A DNA stretch of 60,146 bases, filler included, from Platydemus manokwari (Eukaryota), in the NCBI GenBank assembly GCA_037951405.1. It is 5 parts of 5 records of this genome, joined end to end, with 100 filler letters (N's around TTAATTAATTAA, not from the genome) between each part and the next. Parts side by side here need not be neighbours in the genome. Positions count along the whole stretch, not along the records: positions 30,027 to 49,249 come from JBBMOY010033346.1; 4 more parts are not named here. One strand, written 5' to 3'. Shown piece by piece: positions 35,288-46,599 of the stretch (the stretch's first letter is position 1; each line of letters starts with the position of its first letter). The notes under the pieces are model-generated. The model ran no database searches. It was given only the letters and a program-made list of their open reading frames with translations, and was not told the origin of the DNA. The position numbers and the translations under genes are program-made.

Positions 35288-37324
35288 TTACATGCTGATA
35301 CCCCAATCTTCAGCATTTCTGAGAAAATCGTCAATAACCGACATATTTCTATCCTGTTCCATATCGTCGGGAAATTCCATGACCGTTGTTTCAATCCATG
35401 TCAGTGTTCCATCGTCATTGTCCACACGTTTCCTTTGCATGACATGTCGAGGCATTTTATTGGCAACGTACGCCACGGTTTCATTTGTCCCATATTCGTC
35501 CTCGAATTTCTTCCAACATTTCAACAGCAATTCCCGTTGCGAGCTGTCCATTTTCTTCAGCGATTCATTGGCTTCTTCAAAAATCGATCGTGCCCGTTCG
35601 AGCATGAAATCAATCGATTCCAAATCGTTCTCATCGAAATCGAGCAATTGCAAATTGGCATAACTGCACCAAATCAATGCGTGCTCTTCCTGATCCAACA
35701 TTCTCCGATGGATATCCCAACAGCGTTCGAATTCCTGAATCGATGCCTCAAAATCCACGAAGCTCTTCCACACGAAATACGGTTTTTCCAAATCGGTTTT
35801 CAAAGCACTCTCATAGATGGCTCGGACACGCTCGAATTGTTTCAAGCGGTATTCGAAATTGGCGAATTCGATCCAGGCATGCTGATAACTGGGACAGAAC
35901 AGAATGAATTTCTTGTACAACTCACGAACCCGATCGAACTCCAGCAAATTCGTCTCGAGATCGATATAGAATCGATAGAGCTTGTTCTTCCCGCATCGAC
36001 CCAAACCGTTTCCCAATGTTTTGCGAGCTGCCGCCAGATCCTTCGATCTCACATGCAGTTCGGCTTTCATGATCCAGATTTTGGCGAATGTGAATTTGTG
36101 ATGCGGAATGTGATCCAAACATTTCGAATACACCTCCCGGGCTCGGTCACGATTCGAACAAATCAGCTCTTCGAAAAGTGCATATTTGATCCACAGATAA
36201 ATATATCTTCGCCAATAGAATTTTTTCTCAATCAGCGGTTTGTTCGCTATGGCTCGCTCGTAAATCTCGCGTATTTCGTCAATGTTCTGATTTTCTTCTT
36301 CCATCATTTTCAAATAACTGAACCATTCGTCGTAATCATGCGAATCTTCCGCCAGTTTTTTCTCGTAATAATGTTTCCTTTTGATGACAATCGATTCTTG
36401 TATCGTCATTTTATCACCGAATTTCTTCTCGTATTCGTAATACGAACGATAGATATCTTCCGATAATGATTTCGGTAAATTGTCTAAAGCATATTTGTAA
36501 ATGGCTTTCACCCGTTCGTGTTGGGATTGTCGTTCTTCGAAACGAGCAAATTCCTTCAAAATATTCGGTGGCGGATTATCGGTTCCGTAAAAATGAATTG
36601 ACGATGTGAAAACGTTGCGAGCAATGTCCACTCGATAATTACTCTCTTCAAATTTGGCCCATTTGATCCAGTTCTTTTCTTCGGGATGAACCTGGACGAA
36701 GACTTTGTAGATATTGTGAGCATTATCAATTTCGCCGTACTTTTTTTCCATATTGATAAACGAATGCCAAGCTTGTTCTGGTGGTGTCCAGGCCATCCAT
36801 CGTTTGAAAATTTTACGTGCAGCCTCGATATTTTTCAATTTTTCTTCCATGTAAACATATTTATACCACAACTGATTAGCTCGTGGTAAAATACATAAAG
36901 ACCTTTGATATAAATTTCTTGCATGTTGAACTTGTTTGCATTGTAATTCCATTTCAGCATATTTCAACCAAATCGATACTTCTTTGAAATGAATATTTAA
37001 AGCTCTTTCGAAAACATTTCGAGCTCTTTGAATTTCATTTTGAGAAATTTCAAACGAAGCATATTTCATCCAATTGATTATTTTTAAACGATCTTTTCGG
37101 ATATTATTTTCATAATCTTGTCGCTTTTGAAGTTGGTATTCTTTTTTCTCAGTTTCTGTTGTTATTTTCTGTTGTGGTGGCTTTGGAGTGGCTTCTAATT
37201 CTCTTTCTTTAGCTTCTCGTAAAAGCTGCTCAGCAGTAATTTGAACCGGAGCTGGTGTTTTATTACGAACTTTAGTAACTTTTGTCTTTTTAACACCTTG
37301 TACATTTTCATCATTAAAATTCAT
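35288..37324 (-). CDS. CRNKL1: Crooked neck-like protein 1 (Clf1/Syf3; HAT-repeat NTC spliceosome subunit), intronless 678 aa
   Basis: Diagnostic KVRNKTPAPVQITAEQLLREAKER, HAT repeats (RARNVFERAL, WLKYAEME, QLWYKYVYMEE), YWRRYIYLWIKYALFEE and IPHHKFTFAKIWIM. Confidence 0.97.
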   Translation of the reverse strand: MNFNDENVQGVKKTKVTKVRNKTPAPVQITAEQLLREAKERELEATPKPPQQKITTETEKKEYQLQKRQDYENNIRKDRLKIINWMKYASFEISQNEIQRARNVFERALNIHFKEVSIWLKYAEMELQCKQVQHARNLYQRSLCILPRANQLWYKYVYMEEKLKNIEAARKIFKRWMAWTPPEQAWHSFINMEKKYGEIDNAHNIYKVFVQVHPEEKNWIKWAKFEESNYRVDIARNVFTSSIHFYGTDNPPPNILKEFARFEERQSQHERVKAIYKYALDNLPKSLSEDIYRSYYEYEKKFGDKMTIQESIVIKRKHYYEKKLAEDSHDYDEWFSYLKMMEEENQNIDEIREIYERAIANKPLIEKKFYWRRYIYLWIKYALFEELICSNRDRAREVYSKCLDHIPHHKFTFAKIWIMKAELHVRSKDLAAARKTLGNGLGRCGKNKLYRFYIDLETNLLEFDRVRELYKKFILFCPSYQHAWIEFANFEYRLKQFERVRAIYESALKTDLEKPYFVWKSFVDFEASIQEFERCWDIHRRMLDQEEHALIWCSYANLQLLDFDENDLESIDFMLERARSIFEEANESLKKMDSSQRELLLKCWKKFEDEYGTNETVAYVANKMPRHVMQRKRVDNDDGTLTWIETTVMEFPDDMEQDRNMSVIDDFLRNAEDWGISM

Positions 37325-39239
37325 TTTTTCTAAAAATATTCAGAATGTTAAAATAAATTTAATATAATTATGTAACTTTTACAATTGAAATAATTAAAAT
37401 AAAATAATTTTTTAAAAAGTTACTTCAAAGGCTATAAAGTGAAAATTTTAAACAAATTGTGTAATAATACAAAATTATTTCATAATTACTTAGATTAACT
37501 CGTTAATTGTAATTAAAGATTGAAATAAATTTTTGAATAGAAGAAAATTAGTATTGATCAAATTTTGACTTTATTCTTCTTTTGATTATTCAAGGTATCT
37601 TCTGATCAAATAACAAGATTTCCATTTAGATCGAACAGATAAATATAATAATGAACGTGAAACAAAAGTGATTACAATGAATTTCTTTCTTCTTATAAAC
37701 ATGGCACATATCTAGGAATATATTATTTATTTAAAAGTTTTTGCTTTTAGCTGAAATACATCAATTTTAATGTTTGTATTCAGATTAATTCCATTGTAAT
37801 ATATAAGTTAAAGTTTAAATACTAGATTATACGAGTTAAATAATTTTATCATCACTGAGAGTTCCTTCAAAAATTCGACTTCTTAGTAGTTGTTTTGTAG
37901 AATCAATGGGTTGATAATTCAACATTATTTCTATCAGTATAAACACATTCAGGTACAATTGCGAAGCAAGATTTAATTACGAATATATATTTCAATAAAA
38001 TAATGTTTAAATGCGAACAATGATAATGGAGCACTCTAAACATTTGTTGGGTTTTGGTCTTATGAGTCTGTACTCCCAACACGAATGAGTTCGTTAAGGT
38101 TAGTCTGATTTAAATTCGAACTAACCCTCTAAAATATCAGTCTATTTAAACGATACAATAACTGATAACAACAATTGTTTATTATTTGAATATCTTTATA
38201 AATCGCAAACTATTATTCAAATATTAAATCAAAACGTAAGACAATTTTATAAGAAAAGTCCTCTATTGAAAATGTATCACAAATACAAAGGTTTCATATG
38301 AATTACAAATAACAATTATAGATAATTTATTTATTAATAAACCGGATCAAACAACAATTTATTTATTTCCAGACACCAAAGATTTTAGGTCTAGCAGATT
38401 ATGGCTAGGAAGTGCCGATTCGAATTTAACGAAACGACCTTATAAATTTTAAAAGTATTTTTAAGATTTTAAGAGTATATATTTTAAAATATAAATTTCA
38501 GTTTGGTTTCTTTATTCTTCGCACTTTGCTGTTTAAGTCTTGTTTATGCAATATCCAGAATTGCCACATATGTTCGAGTTCCTTTGTATGAAGTTTTCTC
38601 AATCTTTAAAATCGTCTCATAGAAAATAGGCGGTTTTTCGTAGACTTGTCTTCAAGATTTTAACTTTTTCCAGTCGAGAATTTTGTGAACGAAAATAATT
38701 GATTTTTGATGCCTATTTATACTATTTAAGAAGTGGAAAATTCGCTTTAGAAATTTAAAATATTTTTATTTTTCCACTTCGAAATTAAAATTATTTTATT
38801 TTTCCAAAAATTTAATTCCAAAGTATTTTAATAATTTTATTTAATAAATTCCATTATTTTTAGATTTTTAGACATTTACAGAAATTCCATAGAATTAATT
38901 TTGGAATTTCTATATATTATTGGCACACTAAAACAAATTCTAAATTTTTCTTTAAGTTGATTTTTATTTCCGTTATTATTATTATTTTAGGCGCGCTATT
39001 TATTATTTTTGTTGTCCAATTTATTTTTTCTTTATTTTACATTTATTTTTATTGAAAATTTCCGTTATTTTAAAATTATAATTTCTGACAAAATACATTA
39101 CATATCAAATACAATAAACATTTATATTCAAGGAAGGATTTGAGAAGTACAATAATATAGGGCAAAGATTATAGACAAAATGAATTAAGTCACAAAATGT
39201 TATAGTTAATGAATCAAAATGTAAGTTTTTATAGATATC

Positions 39240-39500
39240 AGAGGTCATACTCCTCGTCCATGTCTACACGCTTGTGTAACTCCTACCATCTTGACGTTTC
39301 TATTCTTGAATCTTCTGGGATCATCGGCTCTGTTTTCACTATCTTTTTTGGTTCTCTCCGACCGACCTTCTAGGGCTTATCCCACGATAAACCGTTCCAT
39401 CCCACTCTCCGTTCTCGTCCATCTTCTCGTCGTTTCAGGTATTTGGGGCATTTGAGGCTATGTCTTTTTTGTCTATTTTTTGGAGGTTATGCTTCATAAC
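39240..39500 (-). mobile_element. Probable 3' fragment of an RTE-like LINE
   Basis: GC-richer island translating to KRHSLKCPKYLKRREDGR...DKP*KVGRREPKK...RW*EL, resembling the RTE C-terminal RLxWxGHxxR...GRPxxxW pattern. Highly degenerate. Confidence 0.4.
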
Positions 39501-40065
39501 TCTCAACTTATCCCCTGTTGGAAAATGATGTATAACAATTAACGAGCTGTATAATTAAGAAAATTACCATTGTAATGTCTTGAACAATATAAATCCGATA
39601 TGTTATACGAATATGAAAATTACGAAATGAGATAAGAAAATGAAAATTATGAAATAATTCTGGTACTGAATATGTAACTGGAAATGAATCTTATGCAATG
39701 GTAAATGTAAATTGCTTAAAAATTCGCAATGTGTTAACGTAATAATGCGGAAAAGGTTTTGTGCGCCCTGATTATCAAATGCGTTCGTTTATACATTATT
39801 TGGGGTTTTGGGCATTTGTGGGAGTTATAGAAGTTAAAGTTTAAATTCAAATTGCTAATGTTACACCTACTGTTTTATGGCAGCGTGTATTAATCATAGT
39901 TTATGTTTAATTTTATTTCTGCCTACAACATGAATTTATTTTTGTTCAAATTTTTAATATGTTTATTTATATGTATTTATTTATAATTATTATGTATTTG
40001 ATTATTTTTATTATGTGATCTGTACATAAATATACATTTATGTGGACATATGTGTGTATCCAACA

Positions 40066-40091
40066 ACACACACACACACATATATATATAT
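40066..40091. repeat. Compound (CA)n(TA)n microsatellite
   Basis: acacacacacacacacatatatatata. Confidence 0.85.
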
Positions 40092-43000
40092 ACAATTCGA
40101 AATCCAAAACTTAAAAACAACAATAATAGTAGACGATACTTGTTTGAAAACTGATTTTGGTTACCAATCCTTTTAATATCATTTCGTAAAAACAAGGAAC
40201 AAACTTTCTCATATAATATTTGCAAATCCACATACGGATTGCATTATTTTAAGAACTTTTTAAATTTGCGATTATATTATTTTTATCTTGAAATATATTT
40301 GTAATTATCTGGTTTAACTCTTACTTTAAAATTCTACTTTTCTGTTGATTAGAAACAGGTCTGATAAGATTTAATAAGAATATCGATATAGAAACATAGA
40401 TAATACTAATTTTAAAAATTTTCAGACTTTCGTGAGACGAGATCCAAAATTTATTTACATTTCAAATTCAAATATGTAACAAATATATTTAAAATTAAAT
40501 GTCTGTATTTTTAATGATGCCTTGTTACTGTTCTATCAGTACTTTTCAAAATTGCTGGTTCGCACTGAATTTTAAAACAAAACCCTTCTCTGTGATAAAG
40601 TTTATTTAATAACGCACTGCTTACATCGTTTATATTTCACCATAGGAATATAATTTCAACAATTCCCTACTACTGTACTAGCTACAATAACTGTACATGG
40701 TAACTAGCTACATGAATCACAAATGACTAAAACGTAAATGCTTATTTCTTATTGCTTCTTGATGAAATGACATTTTGCAGAGTTTAGTCGTTCTGTAAAT
40801 CCCTTTTTGCTACACACCTTGCATGATAGGCGATGCTGATTTATAGTTTCGCAAAGTAATTAATATTTATTAATGATTGGTAATTTTATATCTAAATTTA
40901 GCTATTTCCAACTATTAAAATTATTTACCAATATTTAAATCATATATTTAATTACTTATTTTTTTACTTATGCAATTTGTTTATGATGTTATTATTTTCT
41001 TGTTTTTCTTATTATCGTTAAAAATCATTATTTGTGTTGAGTTCTTCTGTTCTATCTTTTTGGTTCAACTAAATAGATAGCCTTTATTGGTCCCCTATTT
41101 ACTATCAACCTAATATTCAATTCACTTCAGTAAGATGAGCAACACAATGGTTTAGATTATTATTATTGAATAGATATAGCAGACACTAGGTAATTATTGA
41201 TTCTCACAAATTACATGAAAGTTTTCTGAATATACCATTTATACAATACTCGTTTGAACGGTGACTAGTTATTCTGCTAATTGTGGAATGCTCCTCCATG
41301 TAAGTAGAATAAGCCTGGTAATAGCAGAAGTCTTTGTAGTTAAGGGTATTTTATTTTTTATCGATTATGAAAATTCCCAATTTACCAATAAATTACACAG
41401 TTAATCATAAATAAATTGCTTTCGACAAACAATGAAATTAATTCGAGTCTAACAAGATATTTTTAAAAAATGGAATACTAAGCTCGTTGATTACAAGGGT
41501 GTTTTCTTTTTGAACCTAATTTACACAATTTGAAAATAATTCAAATACATTATGGTTATCTGAATTCAGTATAATAAAAGATATTCTTTTGGTTCTTACT
41601 CGAATAATTATTCTTTTTATTTTGATACTCGTATCTTTGTTAATTCTAACAACTTATATTTTGTAATTTTTTCCTGGTCTGTTTTTGATCTCGGTATTCA
41701 TATAGTTTTTAGCATTACTTTGCTTTGTATATTTTTTATTTCTTGCTTATTTATTCCTGTGTGCTTATTTAATCTTGTTGTTATTTTACTTTATCAGATT
41801 CTAAATTATCAATACTTTATATATTTTTTCATTTTTATCGTGTTTTATTTAACCAGTCTTTGGTTTACTGACGACATTATTTTTATTAATCGAGTTTAGA
41901 TAAGAATATAATTTAACTATTTTATTGATTAAGATTTTTAGTATAATTATTTTTTTGTCATGTATAAAAATAAATAATAATTTGTTTTATACTTTAATAT
42001 TATTGTTAATTTTTCTTTCTATACTTTTAATTGTTATTAATATTGTTATTGAGCCATCCCACTACCCTTTAATATATAGTTAATTAGCTGATAATGAGAT
42101 TATATTGTTTACAAGAATTAAAATATTACAAATTATTGATAAATACAGATATACCAAAAAAATTATTATTTATTCTTCATTATGAGAAATACACAATGAA
42201 AGAGTAACGATAAAAACACTGAAAATCAATATCATAATCAAATCTCTGCTTATTTTTACGAATTTAGAATATTGTCTCTTTATTCTTGGTCAGACTTTTC
42301 GATGCCTACTCTCCAGTTATTTTATTTTCCCCTTGGTAGAATTTGTTGTAGTTCTTCCTCTCATTTATTTTTTGACGGATTATTTAAGTGTATGAAATAT
42401 AATTGAATACTTCCTGATTCTGACAGTCGTTCACTATCTTATCCTATGTGAATGCCTGTTAATATCTGCCCATATTCCATGAATTAGTATGTTTACACTA
42501 TTCCATCCTTTCAGCATGTGTGTTTGTTCAGAGGTTTTACCTTGGCTTCAGTCTGTATTTGTTCCAAATTCCCCAATACCTTGTAACAATATGTTGTTAT
42601 TGTTATTAATGCTTGTTATTTATTATTGTTATCAATCTCTCTTCTTCATTCTTTCTCAGTTACTGGGCTTCTTTAATTATTTTATTCTAAAAAATCTATT
42701 GTACCCAATTTTGCATATCGCTGTTTCCCAAACATTTCTTATATTTTACTTTTGCAATATTCTACCTGTGTAAAGGAGTTTCAACTGTTTTATTATATTA
42801 TTACAATCCCCATATATAACCTTTTTTGTTTTATTTTTATTAATTATAAATTTATTTCAAAGAACATAAAGTCAAACCTGTAACAAATCTTATTAATATT
42901 ATTAACTAATATTGTTATTTATTATTAAATTATCTCTAAAATTTCTTCTTCATAAAGAATTGTGAAGTTCAAATATTGTTAAAGATAGATAAATCAAATT

Positions 43001-44345
43001 ATCCCAAATAATTTATTTCCAGTATAATATATGTTCCATTAAAATTCAGCTGATAAATATTAACAGCTGTACAGTCAACGACAAATCAACAGTGGTAACA
43101 AAATTTAAAATCTCAATTTTACATAAAATTATTTGAACTTTAATGCAAATTTTCAATGAAATCGAATTAAGGAAGATCCTTTTGGTCTTTTTTCTATCAA
43201 CATTTCCAATCAGTTAGTGGCGATATAGTAATTGTTTTATCTGATTTTGAAATCGATTAATATTTGACTTGTTAAAATATCTAAGAAAGTTGCTATTCAG
43301 AAAGATTTTTCTTGAAATAGAAATTTACATCATTGTAACCAAGCAACAATCAATAAATTTTTATGAAGAAAATCTTATGATGTTTCGGGAATAATATTCA
43401 CATATAGCAAAGTATCGAAAATTTTAATAACAAATTAAATGTTTCACCATTTACCAGAAATAAAATTGAAATTTAATAAATGATTTTATTGTGATTATTG
43501 AATTTATTAATTAATGAAACAATAGTGGTATTAGCAGTATAAAAGCTTGTTGCAAGACGCATCCCATCAATGAGAAGAATCATAACGATAACTTTGTTTT
43601 AAACACTGACAACAATTTATTGTAATCTAAAACATTATCGGTTCGTATAAGAGATTTTTTATGATTGGTTTAATATTAATTTTTAAACATAATTAATTAA
43701 GTCTATTTCAAAATGTATTAATTTAGTTTTAGTCACATGACCAATTGATAAGCAATATAAATTAAAAAAGGATTTTATCAGTAATTATATTACTTACAAC
43801 AGATTTGTAGTAACATTATGAATAAAACTAATGGAATTGAAGTGCTACATGTGATTGTCAATTGTTGGATGAGCAAATAAAATCGTTCGTTTATACTAGT
43901 AACTCTAATGGAATCTAATTATTACCTGTTAGGCAATTTACAATTCGAACAGAAACACCGAATACATTATTTTAAGTTAACTACACTTTTAAATAACCTT
44001 ATATTTCATAAAAATTAAATACAAATAATTTTTTATTCAAAACACTAAAATATTAAAATTACGCATACTTTGCTATAGTATTTATTTAATTACTATACAG
44101 AAACAATAATTAGTCGATAGCTCCAATCGTTAAATCATCTTTTTTAATTTATTTCTTTAAATTATAATTAACATTATCAAGATTGGTGGAAACCTTCACC
44201 ATTCGTGCAAGTGGCATATTAATAAAATTAATAATATAAAAGAAACCCAGTTTCAATCTAAATGTCATTTGAAATATAAAAATATTTCTTATAATATTAA
44301 TTCAACTATCAAGACAAATGTTTTATTTGAAAATATGCTTGATAT

Positions 44346-44912
44346 TTAATTATTTTCACACGAATTATTCAATTTCCTTTCAACTACATAAGCATCGGTT
44401 GGTTCAATTCTTTTATAATAATTCTCTGCCCTTTGGACGACTTCGAAACCATTTTGCTTATAAAACGCAAGAGCATCTTCATTATTAACTTGAACATGTA
44501 AATAGACACTCTCAATATTATTTTCTCGCTTGGCGATATTTAAAACATGTTCCAACATAACTTTACCAACCCCCAAACGTCGATAAGGAGCCAAACAACC
44601 TAATGTCATAATGTAAATCTTCTTAGAATTTCCATCACCCGACATTGGAACATTATCGATTCTGCAGCATACACCACCTACCACAATATCATTGAAATAT
44701 GCTAAGCGCACTAAATCTTTCATTTCTAAAAGATCTTTGTAAAATTTATCATTGTAAGAGACTGGAAATATAGTTTGATTAATGACTTTCAGTTGCTTAA
44801 CATTGTGATGTGTTAATTCTCCTAGATCAATAGTATAAGTTGATTTTGATGGTTTCTTCGAAGGATAAATGTTACATTTAAGCAAGATATTATCAGAATC
44901 TGTTTTTGTCAT
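44346..44912 (-). CDS. NAA50: N-alpha-acetyltransferase 50 (NatE catalytic subunit; San)
   Basis: IDLGELTHHNVKQLKVINQTIFPVSYNDKFY, LAYFNDIVVGGVCCR, YIMTLGCLAPYRRLGVG, YLHVQVNNE and YYKRIEPTDA. The coding region is intronless; a probable 50-nt 5'UTR intron (44962-44913, GTAATT...TTTCAG) ends directly at the ATG. Confidence 0.96.
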   Translation of the reverse strand: MTKTDSDNILLKCNIYPSKKPSKSTYTIDLGELTHHNVKQLKVINQTIFPVSYNDKFYKDLLEMKDLVRLAYFNDIVVGGVCCRIDNVPMSGDGNSKKIYIMTLGCLAPYRRLGVGKVMLEHVLNIAKRENNIESVYLHVQVNNEDALAFYKQNGFEVVQRAENYYKRIEPTDAYVVERKLNNSCENN

Positions 44913-45268
44913 CTGAAATATTGAATTTAAAATATACTATAGAAATACTAAAAAATAATTACTGTTCTAAAATTCGAAGCTGGCTTAAAATTATAAGTAT
45001 TAAAACAAATCAGAATTATTTATTAATCTTCATTTATAAAGAACCAAAATGATAAAATTAAATAAAACTTTACTTAAGTAATCAAAATTTTGATTTAGAA
45101 ATAAAATGATATAACATGATTTTAAATCAATATAATTGTAATATAATAAATTCCAAAGATAACATAATTGTTGCCAAAATCAATTTATATATGAATATCT
45201 GTAACAATGTAAAAATTTTAAATACCTTGCAATGATAATCATCCTAAAATAACTGACATTAACACATT

Positions 45269-45676
45269 TTATTCTTGATAAGAAAGAAATAATGTTATTA
45301 CTACCATATCACAATTGAAAAAAATTTTATTGGTTATGGAAATATCATCAGTAGATTGCGATAAGAAGCGAGTAGTAATAGAACCATCAAATTTTGCATT
45401 GCCCATTCGAATACAGTGACCAATTATTACAAATTTATGGTATGGAATTTTCATTGAAAATTTCTCTTTAATTTCTTGACGGACATTATCAATGAATATT
45501 CGAATATCCAAATAATCTTTCACAGATTGAGAAATATTTCTTTGAATTGCCGATTCCAATTCGAATTTAATTTTAAAAATGGGTATCACATAAGGACATA
45601 ATAAAACATGTTCTCTGTTAGATTCTTGACGGTGTTTTTGTTTTTTAGAAATTCGAACTTTACCTCTATTCGACAT
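45269..45676 (-). CDS. Tctex-1 domain protein (dynein light chain-like), divergent
   Basis: C-terminal pattern IKEKFSMKIPYHKFVIIGHCIRMG...ITTRFLSQSTDDISITNKIFFNCDMVVITLFLSYQE matches the Tctex-1 fold (pRYKxvV...S...W....D......F.N....v..vf..Y.E). An upstream X-box supports a ciliary role. Confidence 0.6.
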   Translation of the reverse strand: MSNRGKVRISKKQKHRQESNREHVLLCPYVIPIFKIKFELESAIQRNISQSVKDYLDIRIFIDNVRQEIKEKFSMKIPYHKFVIIGHCIRMGNAKFDGSITTRFLSQSTDDISITNKIFFNCDMVVITLFLSYQE

Positions 45677-45762
45677 ATTTGAGAGCTGAATTTATGTTTT
45701 GTGGAAATGCTAGGCAATTATTGATGTAATTGCATCAGTTAATAGTCGAAAGTAATGTTTCT

Positions 45763-45776
45763 ATTTCCATAACAAC
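45763..45776. promoter_or_regulatory. Putative RFX X-box upstream of the Tctex-domain gene
   Basis: ATTTCCATAACAAC matches the 14-bp X-box consensus RTHNYYWTRRNRAC, 87-100 bp upstream of the ATG at 45676. Confidence 0.6.
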
Positions 45777-46599
45777 TGATCAATTAAATATTGAAATACA
45801 AATGTCTAATGTTTATTTTTCTCTTAAATCAAAAATAGTACAATTGTCAACACAAAATAATGAAAAACGAATTCTATTTTATTTTGATTATTGTTAATAG
45901 TTTTTGTACAAAATATTTAAAATTAAGAATTTCGAAAAATAAATTTATACTTCTAAAATTATATGTAAAAATAATCTATAAATAATTTGAAAGTATTTGT
46001 CGATTAATTAATTTATAAATTTTTAATTATGCATAATTTCCAAAAAAATTCATATTTTCAAATAAAATAAATTTCATTTTATATTATATCATACATATGG
46101 AGCATGTATATTCACTGAATATAAATTAGATATTTTAACCTTCTGGAAGAATAAAAATAAAAATGAGAGAAATTATTGGATATTAACGTATTTTGTGCAT
46201 TAACATATCAACATAACACTTCAAGAATAATAAAAAAATACTGCAAATAGACAACATTAATTGTTAATTAAAATATTTATATAACATTGCCAATGTTGTA
46301 TTTTACGGAAGATATTCTCCCAACAAATTCGTTATTGACAAATTGAGGTTAACAGCATAATTCTATTTTAAAATTTAAAAATTTTCTTTCCAAACTTCAA
46401 ACCATAAAATTTCATCTGTTGTTTTATTGCATCGGAAATTTATGAGATTGTGAAGACAAAAACATTCAAATAATCAATTTTGGCAAAGTTATTTTATTTA
46501 TATTATATTTTCGCTGCTATAATATAGTCGTATTTCGTCTAAAGCATATGTTTTAACATATTCATATATATGTTGAGGTTTTGCAAAAACTAACTAAAA

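Noticed and set aside
35435-36466. 343-aa plus-strand ORF (and 35280-35663) antisense to CRNKL1
   Set aside because: Shadow ORFs explained by the GC-richer codon usage of CRNKL1; no recognisable protein features.
41000-42800. Minus-strand A-rich region resembling a decayed retroelement ORF
   Set aside because: No diagnostic RT or endonuclease motif could be read, so it cannot be classified.
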